The notes beneath the pieces are model-generated. The model worked only from the letters and a program-made list of their open reading frames with translations. It did no database searches and was not told the origin of the DNA. A stretch of DNA of 64,000 nucleotides from Octopus vulgaris (lineage: Eukaryota), in NCBI GenBank assembly GCA_951406725.2, contig OX597816.1, positions 141,112,001 to 141,176,000 of the forward strand, in the 5' to 3' direction. The position numbers were made by a program, and so were the translations under genes. Positions 39,537-52,700 of the stretch are shown here, one piece after another. Position 1 is the stretch's first letter. The number at the start of each line of letters is the position of its first letter.

Positions 39537-42525
39537 CATGCACACACACAACAGGCTTCTTTTAGTTTCTGCCTACCAAATCCACTCACGAGGCTTTGGT
39601 TGGCCTGATGCTATAGAAGAAGACACTTGCGCAAGGTGCCACATAGTAGAACTGAACCATGTGGTTGGGAAGCAAGTTGCTAACCATACAGCCATGCCAG
39701 CACCTATATCAACTTCTTTTTATACAATACCTAATAATATTTAATTATAAAAATACAATATGATTTTTGAAACATCAAATGACTAGGAGGATTCACCTGA
39801 GTAAAATAGGAATTAAAAGAGTCCATTTCGAACCTGGGTTCTCATTCCTAAGGTAGTTTTCAATACATTATTTACATTTGACACTCCATCAAAAACTAGG
39901 TAAATAATGTAAATAATGTTCATAATTCCTCATCTCTGAAATATAGAACTGTATTATCTAATTGGTACAGAGCCGACATTAGACTTCAATGGAGACATAT
40001 AGAGAAACTCCATCAAAGACTAGTCAAATGTAAATAATGTATCGAAAAATACCTTAGGAATGAGAACCCAATAATATAAATAATAGAGTTAACAAGGACT
40101 ACTCAAACAAAATTACAAAAAAAAATTAAATTCATAAATATGTGAGAATAAAACAAATACTATTACATTCTGTGTAATAAATAAAATACTTACTTCTTGT
40201 TGAGCAAGTGAGATTTCCTTAGATACATTTACAATAGTTTTGAATTTAATCTCTTGATGTACTACTCGGCAGATACCATACAGACAGCATACCATAATCT
40301 TGAAAATGGAAATTTGAGATCAATAAATGATTTTTAAAAGGTAGATATTAACAATTTTCTGAAACAGATTTAAAAATACTTATATATTGAGTTTTTAATT
40401 TTTAACAAGGCCATACATTAATAAAGGAGAAGTATATAAAGAAACTGAATCACTTAACTCTATAACTCCAGAGGGATGAAATTCATGCTCAATACTGGCA
40501 GAGTTTGAACTCCAAACATAAAGGAATGTAACCAAACACAAAAAAATATTTAATCCAATACATAATCATTCCTGCCTCTCATTTATTTAAAATGTATAAG
40601 GCAATGATGGCAAAGATGATGAAGGCACATTCTCATTCTAGTTGTTTTTCACCAATTACATTTTAACCCTTTGGAAATGGAATCTCATTTGGAGTTTCAG
40701 TGCCAAGAAGACAGATCCCTTTTCACAAGCCCTACAGAGGGTATGCAATTATTTTTCAAAAACAATTATAAAAAATAAAGTAATTACTTTACATATATAA
40801 AACTATATATATTCTTGTAGGAAATTGAATGAACTAATTCAATCTTCTTCGTCATTCAACTTTTCAGCCAATAAATTAGCCCTGTTGTCTCCTAAGGTTT
40901 AATATCCATTTAACTGGGGTAGCTATGCATCTCTTCTACAAGACACTTGTTCCTGTCCCTTTATCAGACTTTAACCTTTCATCACTTTTTATAAGGTCTC
41001 CTCCAACAATTCTATATCCCCTTGTCACATATAAAGCATTCAGTACACTCTGCAAAGTGGCTGGTATAAGGAAGGAAAGTCATCTCGCTATAGAAACCAT
41101 GCCAAAACAGATGTTGGGTTTAGCACAGCCCTCTAACTCACCAGTTCCTGTCAAACTATCCAACTTATGCCAGTATGGAAAACAGATGCTACAAGGAGAT
41201 GCTGAAAAGTTCCTGGCTTTAAGGGTATTGCAAAAGGCCTGGTTGGAGACCTAACTTTCTGAGTTTTTTTTACAGGACTTAGGAAAATTAAAGGACTGCT
41301 ACAATAAGTGTTTGAACCTGAGAGTGGAATATGTTGAGTAAAATCATAATTAACTGATCCTTTTGTATTTTCTTTCACCCAAAGCCAGGAACTTTTCAGT
41401 GGCCCCTGTAAATGATGATGATGATGATAATGATGATACCCTGATATAGATTCAACAGTTCTACAATGGAATTTCTCTTTCTGTATTTCATTATTTTGTC
41501 ATGTTATTTGTAATGCTCAATCTAACCCTCACCCACTCCTTCTAAGTAGTCTATCTTCATTGCAGATAACATTATGTTTTTAACTCAACTCCAAATTTCC
41601 AAAATGTCCAATTATGATTTGCCAAACATATTTCCACAGTATTTCCATTAAACTTTTATTCTAGTTGAATTATCAATAAGACGGACTTCTCTAGAGATTT
41701 GCAGAACTAACATCTGCTTTTTGATATTGCATTAGTATTCTCAAGAGCAACAAGCCAAAAATATGGATATGTCAACTATAAAGTTGAGAGGTCAACTTGC
41801 CCCAGTTATTCAAGGAAAAGATAAATTTTAAAACATAAAAAGTGACCACATCCTACAATGTTACATACCTGGTCAAGATGTCTGTTTCGTAGTAATTCAC
41901 GATTGTGTATGATACAATGGACAAGACAAGTCCAAACTTTCTGTGTCTGGTGGGGAGAGGAAAATAAAGATAAAAAAAGTTATAGAGTAGAAAGACTAAA
42001 ATGACTCGTTTCGTTTATCAAATGGAAAATTGATGGTGAGAATAAAATGTTTCCACTTAAAAAAACCCAATGCCGATATAATCACCACTGCTACCACTAC
42101 AATAGTCCCTAATGCTTAATTTTCTGCCGGTTTCCTGTACATGAAGGTTTAATGTAACTTGTGCTAATTTACATCTTTTCTTTCCCACCCCAGTTTTATC
42201 AAAATATTAAACTCAAAATAGCTATGAACACTAACAAGTATCAGAATCTAGTATGTTGGTGTTGGCTGTATATACATTTATATACATACAAAGATAATAT
42301 ACATTCTTTTCTTCTATTAGATGTTTCAGTCATTTGACAGTGGCCATGCTAAAGCACTGCCTTAATGAGTTTTAGTCAAAGAAATCAGCCCCGTGATTTA
42401 TTCTTTGTAAACCGAGTACTTATTCTATTGGTATCTTGCCGAAATGCTAAGTTATGGGGACATAAACACACCAACAAGCGATGGTGGAGGGACAAACACT
42501 GACACATAAATATATATATATATAT

Positions 42526-42580
<55 letters not shown>

Positions 42581-43013
42581 TATATATCTATATATATATA
42601 AAATTCAACTTGTGTGTCTGTGTGTTTAACTTCCCGGCACATCTCCTCCTAGACAACAAATCGTAGAACCACGAAAAATGGGTCACTTAAAGTTTAGGCG
42701 AATGAAAATTGAACTGCGCTATTTCTGTTCCGAAATTCATCTCGCAAGTGAAAAAATTGATAATGTGTTTGTTTAGGCCTTATCCCATGCATTGAATAGT
42801 GAACTTTACTCAGTCAGCTGTTTGACGTGAACTGTGTTCACCACGCGTGCAAGCATGCGTAAATTGCATGAAAAATAAAAAATCAAGATATAAAAACGAA
42901 TCGCCATAAACATTGTAGAAATTCGACAAAGAAATGAATTTTCGGGATGTAGCCTGGAGGGTTTTTTTTGGTATTTATATATATATATATATCATAATAT
43001 ATATATGTATGTA

Positions 43014-43064
<51 letters not shown>

Positions 43065-46000
43065 GAGAGTATGATAAAAGAAGGCTAACTCTTCCTTCTG
43101 TAGAAGAAAAAATTCAAATCGGACCATGTTAACACCAAAAATTATTTACATCAAAAAGGTGCCTTTTTTCTATGAAAATCCCTATTTTTTACGATGTTTT
43201 GACTGCTGTGTCACCATTTTTTGGTGCATTTCACTTAAAGATAATAACAAGCTACATGCTGCCAAATTTTTACTTTTCAAAAATTCCAATTCTAAAGGGT
43301 CTAAACAAACCGCAACGCCGGACGATACTGCTAGTATATAAATCAGCAGTAAAGTTACAAAAATGGCACAAATGACTGGCTTCCATACAGTTTCCATCTA
43401 CCAGATCCATTCGCGAGGCCTTTGGTCAGTTCAAGGCTTCAGTAGAAAGCACTTACTCAAAATGTTGTGAATCATTTTTAGTGAATTGATCACTTTTCCT
43501 TTCAATATGTGATAAAATTGCCCAATGTTTTCGCTCTATGCCTCAGTTCTTGCATAATCTGACTAGGGCTTATGGAATTTTCATATTGGTTTTCAGACAT
43601 GATTCATTAGTAATTTGTATAATTTCATTATGTAATTAAGCTGTTTTAATGTTTTAAATGTAAAAAAAAAAAATCTAGGTTAGATGAAACTCATCATCAT
43701 CAGCAATATGGAAAGAGAGCAATATGAGTCTCTGTGTTTTTCTTTTTCCTTTCCCTTCATATAACCACCACTAATCCCTTTTACTTGAAATTCTAATAAC
43801 AAAATACTTAACTCAGGTAATCTCAGATGTTAGTTTTTGTAGCAATTTAAAACATTTTTTGATATAAGTATTATACAAGCCACAGTGAAATTGCTAGATA
43901 CAGTGCTCCAGAATGGTCTCAATACATCCTATTTTAAGAACTATGCTAGAATTAAAGTAATTGCTCTGTTAACAAATAAAAGAAGTCTGAATGTCTAGAA
44001 AAGAGATTTTATTAGAACATAGGCGCAGGAGTGGCTGTGTGGTAAGTAGCTTGCTAACCAACCACATGGTTCTGGGTTCAGTCCCACTGCGTGGCATCTT
44101 GGGCAATTGTCTTCTACTATAGCCTCAGGCTGACCAAAGCCTTGTGAGTGGATTTGGTAGACGGAAACTGAAAGAAGCCCGTCGTATATATGTATATATA
44201 TATGCGTATGTGTTTGTGTGTCTGTGTTTGCCCCCCTAGCATTGCTTGACAACCGATGCTGGTGTGATTATGTCCCAGTTACTTAGCGGTTCGGCAAAAG
44301 AGACCGATAGAATAAGTACTGGGCTTACAAAAGAATAAGTCCCGGGTCGAGTTGCTCGATTAAAGGCGGTGCTCCAGCATGGCCGCAGTCAAATGACTGA
44401 AACAAGTAAAAGAGTAAAAGAGAGTAAAGAGTAAAGTTATAAATACAAACCAGCTCAGGAGAAACTTCCAATGATTCACATAATCGGCTAAGTCTTTTGA
44501 AAGCAAGATGGCAAACTGAAAATATGGAAAAAAAATATTTATTTCTTACATTAAAATAAAGGAAAAGTATAATCAATTGAATCAATTTCTCAGTGCATAA
44601 ATTGTAATTTTTCTCATCAAACACCAAAAAATTTGGCCTCTCAAACCTATCATACAATGTCATTCTAAAAAATCTAGAAGCATTGAGATAATGCATGATT
44701 AATTCAAAACAATTTGCATAAACATCATGCTTAACAGAATAATCTGAATGTTAAAAGATCTGATGAAAAGTAAGAAATTTAGAATAAGGAATACCTTTTG
44801 TGAAGAACTGTTTAATTGCTCGCGATCTTTGAGTATTTGATGAATTTGGACTGCTTGGCACCACCACCATTTGACCATTTGACTCAGAGTTCATGGGCAT
44901 TTTTTCAGGTGTTGTGTAATAATAATGATAAAAGCAACTGTTGTTTGGATTATTTTTCGTTGGTGTCATCCTGAAAGTTAGATATAAATTCTTATTAAAT
45001 GTTCCCTAATTTATCATGTTAATTTTATTAATGAAAAATAACCAAGTTTTTTTGTCTTAAAATGTTAGAAATTATAAAATGTTGGAATACTACTACATAA
45101 ACAGTATCATGGGTGCTGTGTTCTGTCCAAGGTTAATAGTTATTACTACTACCAACCACTTAACAGTGAAGGGTTTTGTGTTAAGACAGAGTTTCTACAA
45201 CTGGGTGCTCTTCCTGTTCCTAACACAACTTGTTTTTCAAGTAAGGCATTTCTTTTTTGTTTTTTCATTCCACCAGTCACTACATGTTGAAAATGAATGA
45301 ATTATGGGAGTTATGTTTACCACAGAACATAAACATTGTCAACAATTTTGCTCAGTTGGTGTTGATAAAGACAGTGTCACACACACATCTGACACTCTTC
45401 TTTTGCACTCTCACAAATCTACCCATCCAGCTATGCTTGATTTTCAATCCCTATTCTCTCTTCTAGTGAAGGCGCATGGCTTAGTGGTTAGGGTATTCAG
45501 CTCATGAACGTAAGGTCGTGAGTTTGATTCCCAACAACACATTGTGTCTTTGAGCAAGACACTTTATTTCATGTTGCTCCAGTCCACTCAGCTGGCAAAA
45601 ATCTGTAGTACCTATATTTCAAAGGGTCAGCTTTGTCACACTCTGTGTCACGCTGATTCTTCCTGAGAACTACATTAAAGGTACACATGTTTGTGGAGTG
45701 CTCAGCCGTTTGCATGTTAATTTCACGAGCAGGCTGTTCTGTTGATTGGATCAACTGGAACCCTTGTCATTGTAGCTGACAGAGTGCCAGGTAATTCTCT
45801 CTTCTCTTTTTCCACTTTCTTGTATCTTGAGTACACACCCTGACACCTCATCTTCACCATTTTTTTTTCTCTCTTTTATGCTGAGGTAACCGTGTATCTC
45901 CTCTACAGCAAAACACCTATTCATGTCCCTCTATCATACTTTAGCCTCACAACACCTAGCACAAAACTACTGCAACCTTACTCTATCAAGGAGGTCTTAT

Positions 46001-49000
46001 CTTGGCAAGTTACCTGATGAGCTCACTAGTGTCAGTGCAACAAAAAAAAGCACCTAATACACTGTAAAATGATTGGTGTTAGTAAAGGCATCAAGCTGCA
46101 GGAACCACACCAAAGCAGACATTGGAGCTCAATGCAGTCCTCTGGCTCATCAAATCCTGTTAAGCTGTCCAATCTAAGCCAGTATGGAATATGGACATTA
46201 AACAATGATAATGATAACCTTGTATTTATACGCATCACTGCTTAGCACTGCCACCCTGTAATTAGCACTACCAGTTGTTGTATAATGACAAGAATATCAT
46301 AGAGACAATCTCACAGTGCACCATGCCCAGTTTCTATGATTGAAGAGGAGATAACCACTCTGAAATGCATGTGTCTCACAGTCTGGATAGGTGGCATTGT
46401 GAGCTGATTTTAGGTGTATTTACACCATTTGTCAACAGCAAGAAATTTTCTCCATGACAAAACAGTGAATGGCTTTCTTGCAGGTTTGAATATGCCCCAA
46501 GCATATATGAACTGGTAATAACATTGTATTTAAATGATGATGATGATGAGTTTAATATTAAGTAACTAGACTTACATTAGGTTTGTTGCATTTTCACCAT
46601 TTTTTGCTTCTAAGAGGTTCTCCAGATCCTCATTTGAGATCTCAAACACTGACCTGCCCTGGAATAAATAAGACAAAGTATACATAAATCAGGAGTGAAT
46701 TGAGAGAGGTTCCACTAATGTACATACCCACAAACATACATGTGCACACATATGCATACACACTCACGCACACACAGGTCTAAATGTTAAATGCTAATAG
46801 TGTAACACTTACTTCCTTCCATGCATAGCAATCCAAAATATCCTGCTCTATTTTCTGAATATGCTGCAAAGAAGACAAACAAATTTCAAACTAAAGATAT
46901 TATAAATCAAATAATAAATTTAACAAAATACTGATTACAAGGCCAGGTGAGGTAATAATCAATTACACCAATCCCAGTGTTCAACTGGTACTTATTTTAT
47001 AGACCCCGAAATGATGAAAGGTAAAGTCAACATCAGCAGAAATGGAACTCAGAACATGAAAACAGACGAAATGCCCCTAAGCATGTTGCCCAGCATGCTA
47101 ATGATTCTTTCAGCTTGCCGCCTTAATTCAACAAAATATTGATAAACAAGTGTAATGATGGTGTGCAGAATTATAAACAAAGCATTAAACCTTCCCCGTT
47201 CCTTTTAACCAGAAGGTTGATTAAAATTGGAGAATGGAGAATCTGGTGATTTGGTATTTTATATTACAAGAATGACCAAGTGGGTAAAGGACAACATAAT
47301 CAAGAGGTCAAAAGTTCATATCTTGTCACCTGTATTGTATTGTATCTGTAGTCAAGGCACTTAATTCTCAAATGGCCCAATCCACCTTGCCACAGCCATC
47401 TTAACTGAACTGGTTTGGTCATGTGATATAGATGGATGAGGACAATTGCATAAAGATGTGCCACTCACTTAAAGCGGAGGAAAATTGAGGAAGAGGGCAA
47501 CCCAAAGAGACATGGGATGAAGTATTGAAGGCCAATCTCAAAACACTGAGCCTTACAAAGGAGATGACAGAGGACCAAGGTATGTGGTGCATTATTGTGC
47601 TGCAGAAGACTCACCCACAACAGAATTGAGATCCTAAAACCAAGGTGTTACATAATAGCAATGGTGCTGGTGTCATGTAAAAAGCACTGGTATTGATGCC
47701 ACCAGCACACTCTATAACGTGGTTGGCATTAGGAAAGGCATCCAGCTGTAGAAACCAAGACAAAACAGACTATGAAACCTAATGTGGTTTCTGGCCTTGT
47801 CAGTTCCTGTCAAGCCATTCAACCCATGCCAGCATGGAAAACGGATGCTGAATGATGATGATGATGATGATGATGATATGTCCACTTTCCATGCTGGTAT
47901 AGTTTTGACAGACTTGCTAAATCTTTGATGTATCATAGATAAACAATCAATAGAATGAACATAAGGGATAAGCAGGTTATTTATTAGCCAACCATTCCTA
48001 AATTAATTCTGAAACAGTGGTTGCTCTGGTGTAGCTGTGTGGGTTAAGAAATTAATCATTCAAGGTTGCTTTCCAAAGTATTTAAACATCTCTGGTCACA
48101 AAAATGGGGAGTAAATGATAGACCATTGCAAAATACCTCACTGAAGATTAACAATGCATTATCTAGAGAAACAAAAGATAACTGTTAATAAAACTTAAAT
48201 ACTTTTCGCACAAATACAGGTATAGGTGCAAGTACGGCTGTGCAGTAAGAAGTTTGCTTTCCAACTTGACCATAAACAGAACTCCAGTGATATGTGATAC
48301 TGAAAAAGTATTTAGTAAAGATCTAAGGATTGATAGAAGGATTATGCATATGACAAGAGAGTATTTATATCTGGCAAACAGATAAGAAAACATATATTTG
48401 TAGAAGTGATAAGAGATATAAAGAGAGGACACAGTAGATGAAATAGTTTGGCTTGTTATACTAGATAGTGAATCTTTTGTCTGATTTCATCTAGAATATG
48501 TGCACAGCAGAGATATATTCTTACACATTGAAAACTAAAACACACAGCAACTGAAACATATCCACAAGTAGATAGCAAAACTTACCCTGCAAATTTCTCC
48601 TGGTAGTTTATTTTCTAATTTTAAGACAGATTCAAGCACCAAGAATAAACAAAATGCCTCTAGATCAAATACTTTCAATACCCAAGGGAAGGCAAAATCA
48701 GGCTGGATGTTCTGAGATTCAACGTTGTTCACTAGACAAATTCAAAATGAAACATTATTGATAATATCAACCAAAGCCACGAATAATTATAATTTTACAG
48801 ATTTAGAAAAAAAAAATCTAAATCATTATTGATAACATCAACCAAACATTCAATTTTAAGTCAATTTGTTCATAACACATTCAAATTTGCTGGAACAGAT
48901 GAAGAATAAATATGCAAGTCTTTGTTTACAGCAGATGTCTGTGAATTTTACTGGATTACTATGAAGCTGCAATATTTTACTAAGATTCAGTAGAATGTGT

Positions 49001-49699
49001 TCAAGTATACAAAAAGTGGAGAATAAAAGATTGACATTGACTACAGGCACAGGTGTGGCTGTGTGGTATAAAGTATGCTTCTGAACCACATGGCTCCAGG
49101 TTCAGTCCCACTGCATTGCACCCTGGGCAAATGTCTTCTACTATAGTCTCAGACCGAGCAAATCTTTGAGAGTGGATTTAGTAATGGAAAATCTGAAAGA
49201 AGCCTGTCTTGTGTGTATGTGTATACGTATGTGTGTCTGCATGCATGCATGTCTTTATGTTTGTTTGTCCACACCACCGCTTGACAACTGGTCTTGGTGT
49301 GTTTACATCCCCGTAACTTAGCAGTCCGGCAAAAGAAATGATAGAATAAGTGCCAAGCTTAAGGAAAGAATCACTGAGGTTGATTCGTTCAACTAAAATT
49401 CAACATAGCTGCAGTCTAATAACTATCTGACACTAAAAGTGTTAAAATAATCTTAATGCTTTGCTGCAGAAATAAAGGTATATCTGTTCAAAATTTCATT
49501 ACCCTTAACAGCAGAAATTAGTTTCAGATAGGCGCAGGAGTGGCTGTGTGGTAAGTAGCTTGTTTACCAACCACATGGTTCCGGGTTCAGTCCCACTGCG
49601 TGGCACCTTGGGCAAGTGTCTTCTACTATAGCCTCGGATCGACCAAAGCCTTGTGAGTGGATTTGGTAGACGGAAACTGAAAGAAGCCCATCGTATATA

Positions 49700-49734
<35 letters not shown>

Positions 49735-52700
49735 GCGTGTGTGTGTCTGTGCTTGTCCCCCTAGCATTGCTTGACAACCGATGCTGGTGTGTTTATGTCC
49801 CCGTTACTTAGCAGTTCGGCAAAAGAGACCGATAGAATAAGTACTGGGCTTACAAAAGAATAAGTCCCGGGGTCAAGTTGCTCGATTAAAGGCGGTGCTC
49901 CAGCATGGCCGCAGTCAAATGACTGAAACAAGTAAAAGAGTATACCAATCTTAAATTTTTGCGGGGAATGTCATATTCAAAACTACTTTTTGTTGAAATA
50001 TATGAAGTTTATTATGTGCTAATGTGACTTGCAGAAAATACCAATTCTATTTTTTGGTAGGTATTTAACATCATTACTGGAATAACCATGAAATTGAATT
50101 TCACAGTTAAAGCATTAACTGAAAGTTCAAGTGAGTTTAACAGAGAAAAATACCTACAGGAAACATTGTAAGTCATCAGGATTACTTCTGCACTACATGC
50201 CATCAAAGCTTTGTGGAGATCATCACTACGGAACATAGTCACAAGAGAAGCTCTTCCAACACGCCGCTGTTCCTGAAAAAATATATCACACACACACATA
50301 TATATGTATATAAACATGTGTATACAAATATATACATACATATAAATGTACAAAAACAATATATACATATACAGTCACACATATGTACATACACAAACAT
50401 ACATATATCCATATCATCATCATCATCATACAAACATACATATATCCATATCATCATATCATCATCATCATTTAACGTCCGCTTTCCATGCTAGCATGGG
50501 TTGGACGGTTCGACCGGGGTCTGCGAAGCCAAGAGGCTGCACCAAGCCCAGTCTGATCTGGCAGTGTTTCTACACCTTGATGCCCTTCCTAACGCCAACC
50601 ACTCCGTGAGTGTAGTGGGTGCTTTTAACGTGCCACCGGCACAGGTGCCAGGCGAGGTTGGCAACGGCCATGATCAGTTGGTGCTTTTTACGTGCCACCG
50701 GCACGGAGGCCAGTCGGGGCGGCACTGGCAACAGTCACGTTCAGATGGTTCTTTTATGTGCCACCAGCACTGATATCACAACTACAATTTCCATTGATTT
50801 TATATGTGTAGTTGAAGACACATGGCTCAGTGGTTAGAGCACTGGACTCACAATCATTAGGTAGTGAGTTCAATTCCCATACCAGGCTGTGTGTTGTGTC
50901 CTTGAGCAAGACACTTTATTTCACGTTGCTTCAGTTCACTCAGCTGTAGAAACGAGTTGCGACGTCACTGGTGTCAAGCTGTATCAGCCTTTGCTTTTCC
51001 CTTGGATCCGTCCAACCCATGCTAGCATGGAAAACAGACGCTAAATGATGATGATGATGATGATGAACATCGGTGGCAGGGAGAGGGGAGGCTGGTATGC
51101 GTGGGCGACTGCTGGTCTTCCATAAACAAGCTTGCCTGGACTTATGCCTTGGAGGGGAACTTTCTAGGTGCAATCCCATGGTCACTCATGACCAAAGGGA
51201 GTCTTTACCCATTACCCTATGTATGTAGTTTACTTGCAAATCACTTTGTGAGTATGTGTGTGTCCACACACATCTATTTGTATGTACACATGACAGAAAA
51301 TACAAGTCCAAGAAAAAAGTAAAAGCAGTAGAGTGTTGTTTCTGAAGGTGGGACATGATAATATTTTGGTGTGGTGTGGGTCTTCAGAATGGGGCACAAA
51401 AGTGAATAACACTTGCAATGCAGTTTAGATCAAAACTCCCTCTGAATATTTAAATGCTATATACTAATTTTGTCTGTCCAAGGTGGGTGTTACAAATATT
51501 TTTAGAAAACTGATACAAGACAAATTACATGGAGAAATACTGAAGTAAAGTTTATTCCTAGATTCAAAGCTTTGAATTTCCATATCTATCATATTCTTCA
51601 ATACAACTTTAACTGGCACTTCATCAGTTACAACAATGAGGGTTCCAGTTGCTCCTGCTTGTGAAATTGTGGCTGGGCACTCCATAAACACATGTACCCT
51701 TAATGTAGTTCTCAAGGAGATTCAGCATGACAGAGTTTGACATGGTTAGCCCTTTGAAATACAAGTATTATTCATTTTTGCCAGCTGAGTGGACTGGAGC
51801 AACATGAAATAAAGTGAGTTACTCAAGGACACAACACGTCGCTGGGAATTGAACTCATGACCTTACGATTGTGAGCAGAATACCCTAACCATTAAGCCAC
51901 ATTTGGTGTTGGGTCTTTCTCATGACTTGATGTTTGCACACTGATTAAAAACCTTCACATTTCATACAAGATGTTTGTAAGAAAATAAGATGAAGAAATA
52001 CTTACAGATATTAGAAGAGAATTGAATATATGTAAATAGAGTTTGACGATAATTTGAAACCTCTCTGAAGCAAACCGCTTAGTGTCTGGGTCCTGACCTT
52101 TTACATCTGTGAAAGATTTTTCAAAGATCTTCCTGTATTTTTCAATTCTATCAGAAATAGATGTGACCATACTGGCATTAGAACTCTGAAAGAAAAATTA
52201 AGAAAAATTATACATAAGAGAAATATCAAGAAGCAAGTATTGAATAGTAATAATGATTTTTATAATCTGACAAAGGCTAGAAGTTTTAGTGGCGAAAGTA
52301 AGTCAATTACATTGACCTATGTTGTAGGTAAATGCATCTGTACCGATGCTGCATAAATACACCCATGCCAGTGGCACATAAAAATCACCCATCGCACTCT
52401 GTTAAGTGGTCGGTGTTAAGAAGGGCATCCAGACATAGAAACCATGCCACAACAGACAATTGGAATTTGGACAGCATCCCTAGCTGGCCACTCCATGTCA
52501 AACCATCTAACCCGTGCTAGCATGGAAAACAGATGTGAAATGATGACAATGATGATAATGATATATTACTGACAGGTCAGAGTTTCAAACAATCGTATAT
52601 TATCAAAACAATTATACAATCTTTATACTACACAATTCAACAAAAAACAATTTTATAATATTAATTTTTTGAGCAGTATTAAATAAAATAATATGCTGGG

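Noticed and set aside
44021-44100. tRNA-like sequences with A/B boxes (also at 25021, 45467, 49530, 50813, 58319)
   Set aside because: These are SINE heads continuing into SINE bodies; no complete cloverleaf was evident
52059-52061. Possible donor AG|GTTTCA splitting the 180-nt RB1 exon near the human exon 13/14 boundary
   Set aside because: Wrong phase. Reading through gives RFQIIVKLYLHIFNSLLIS, which matches human exon 14 and ends at a consensus GTAAGT.
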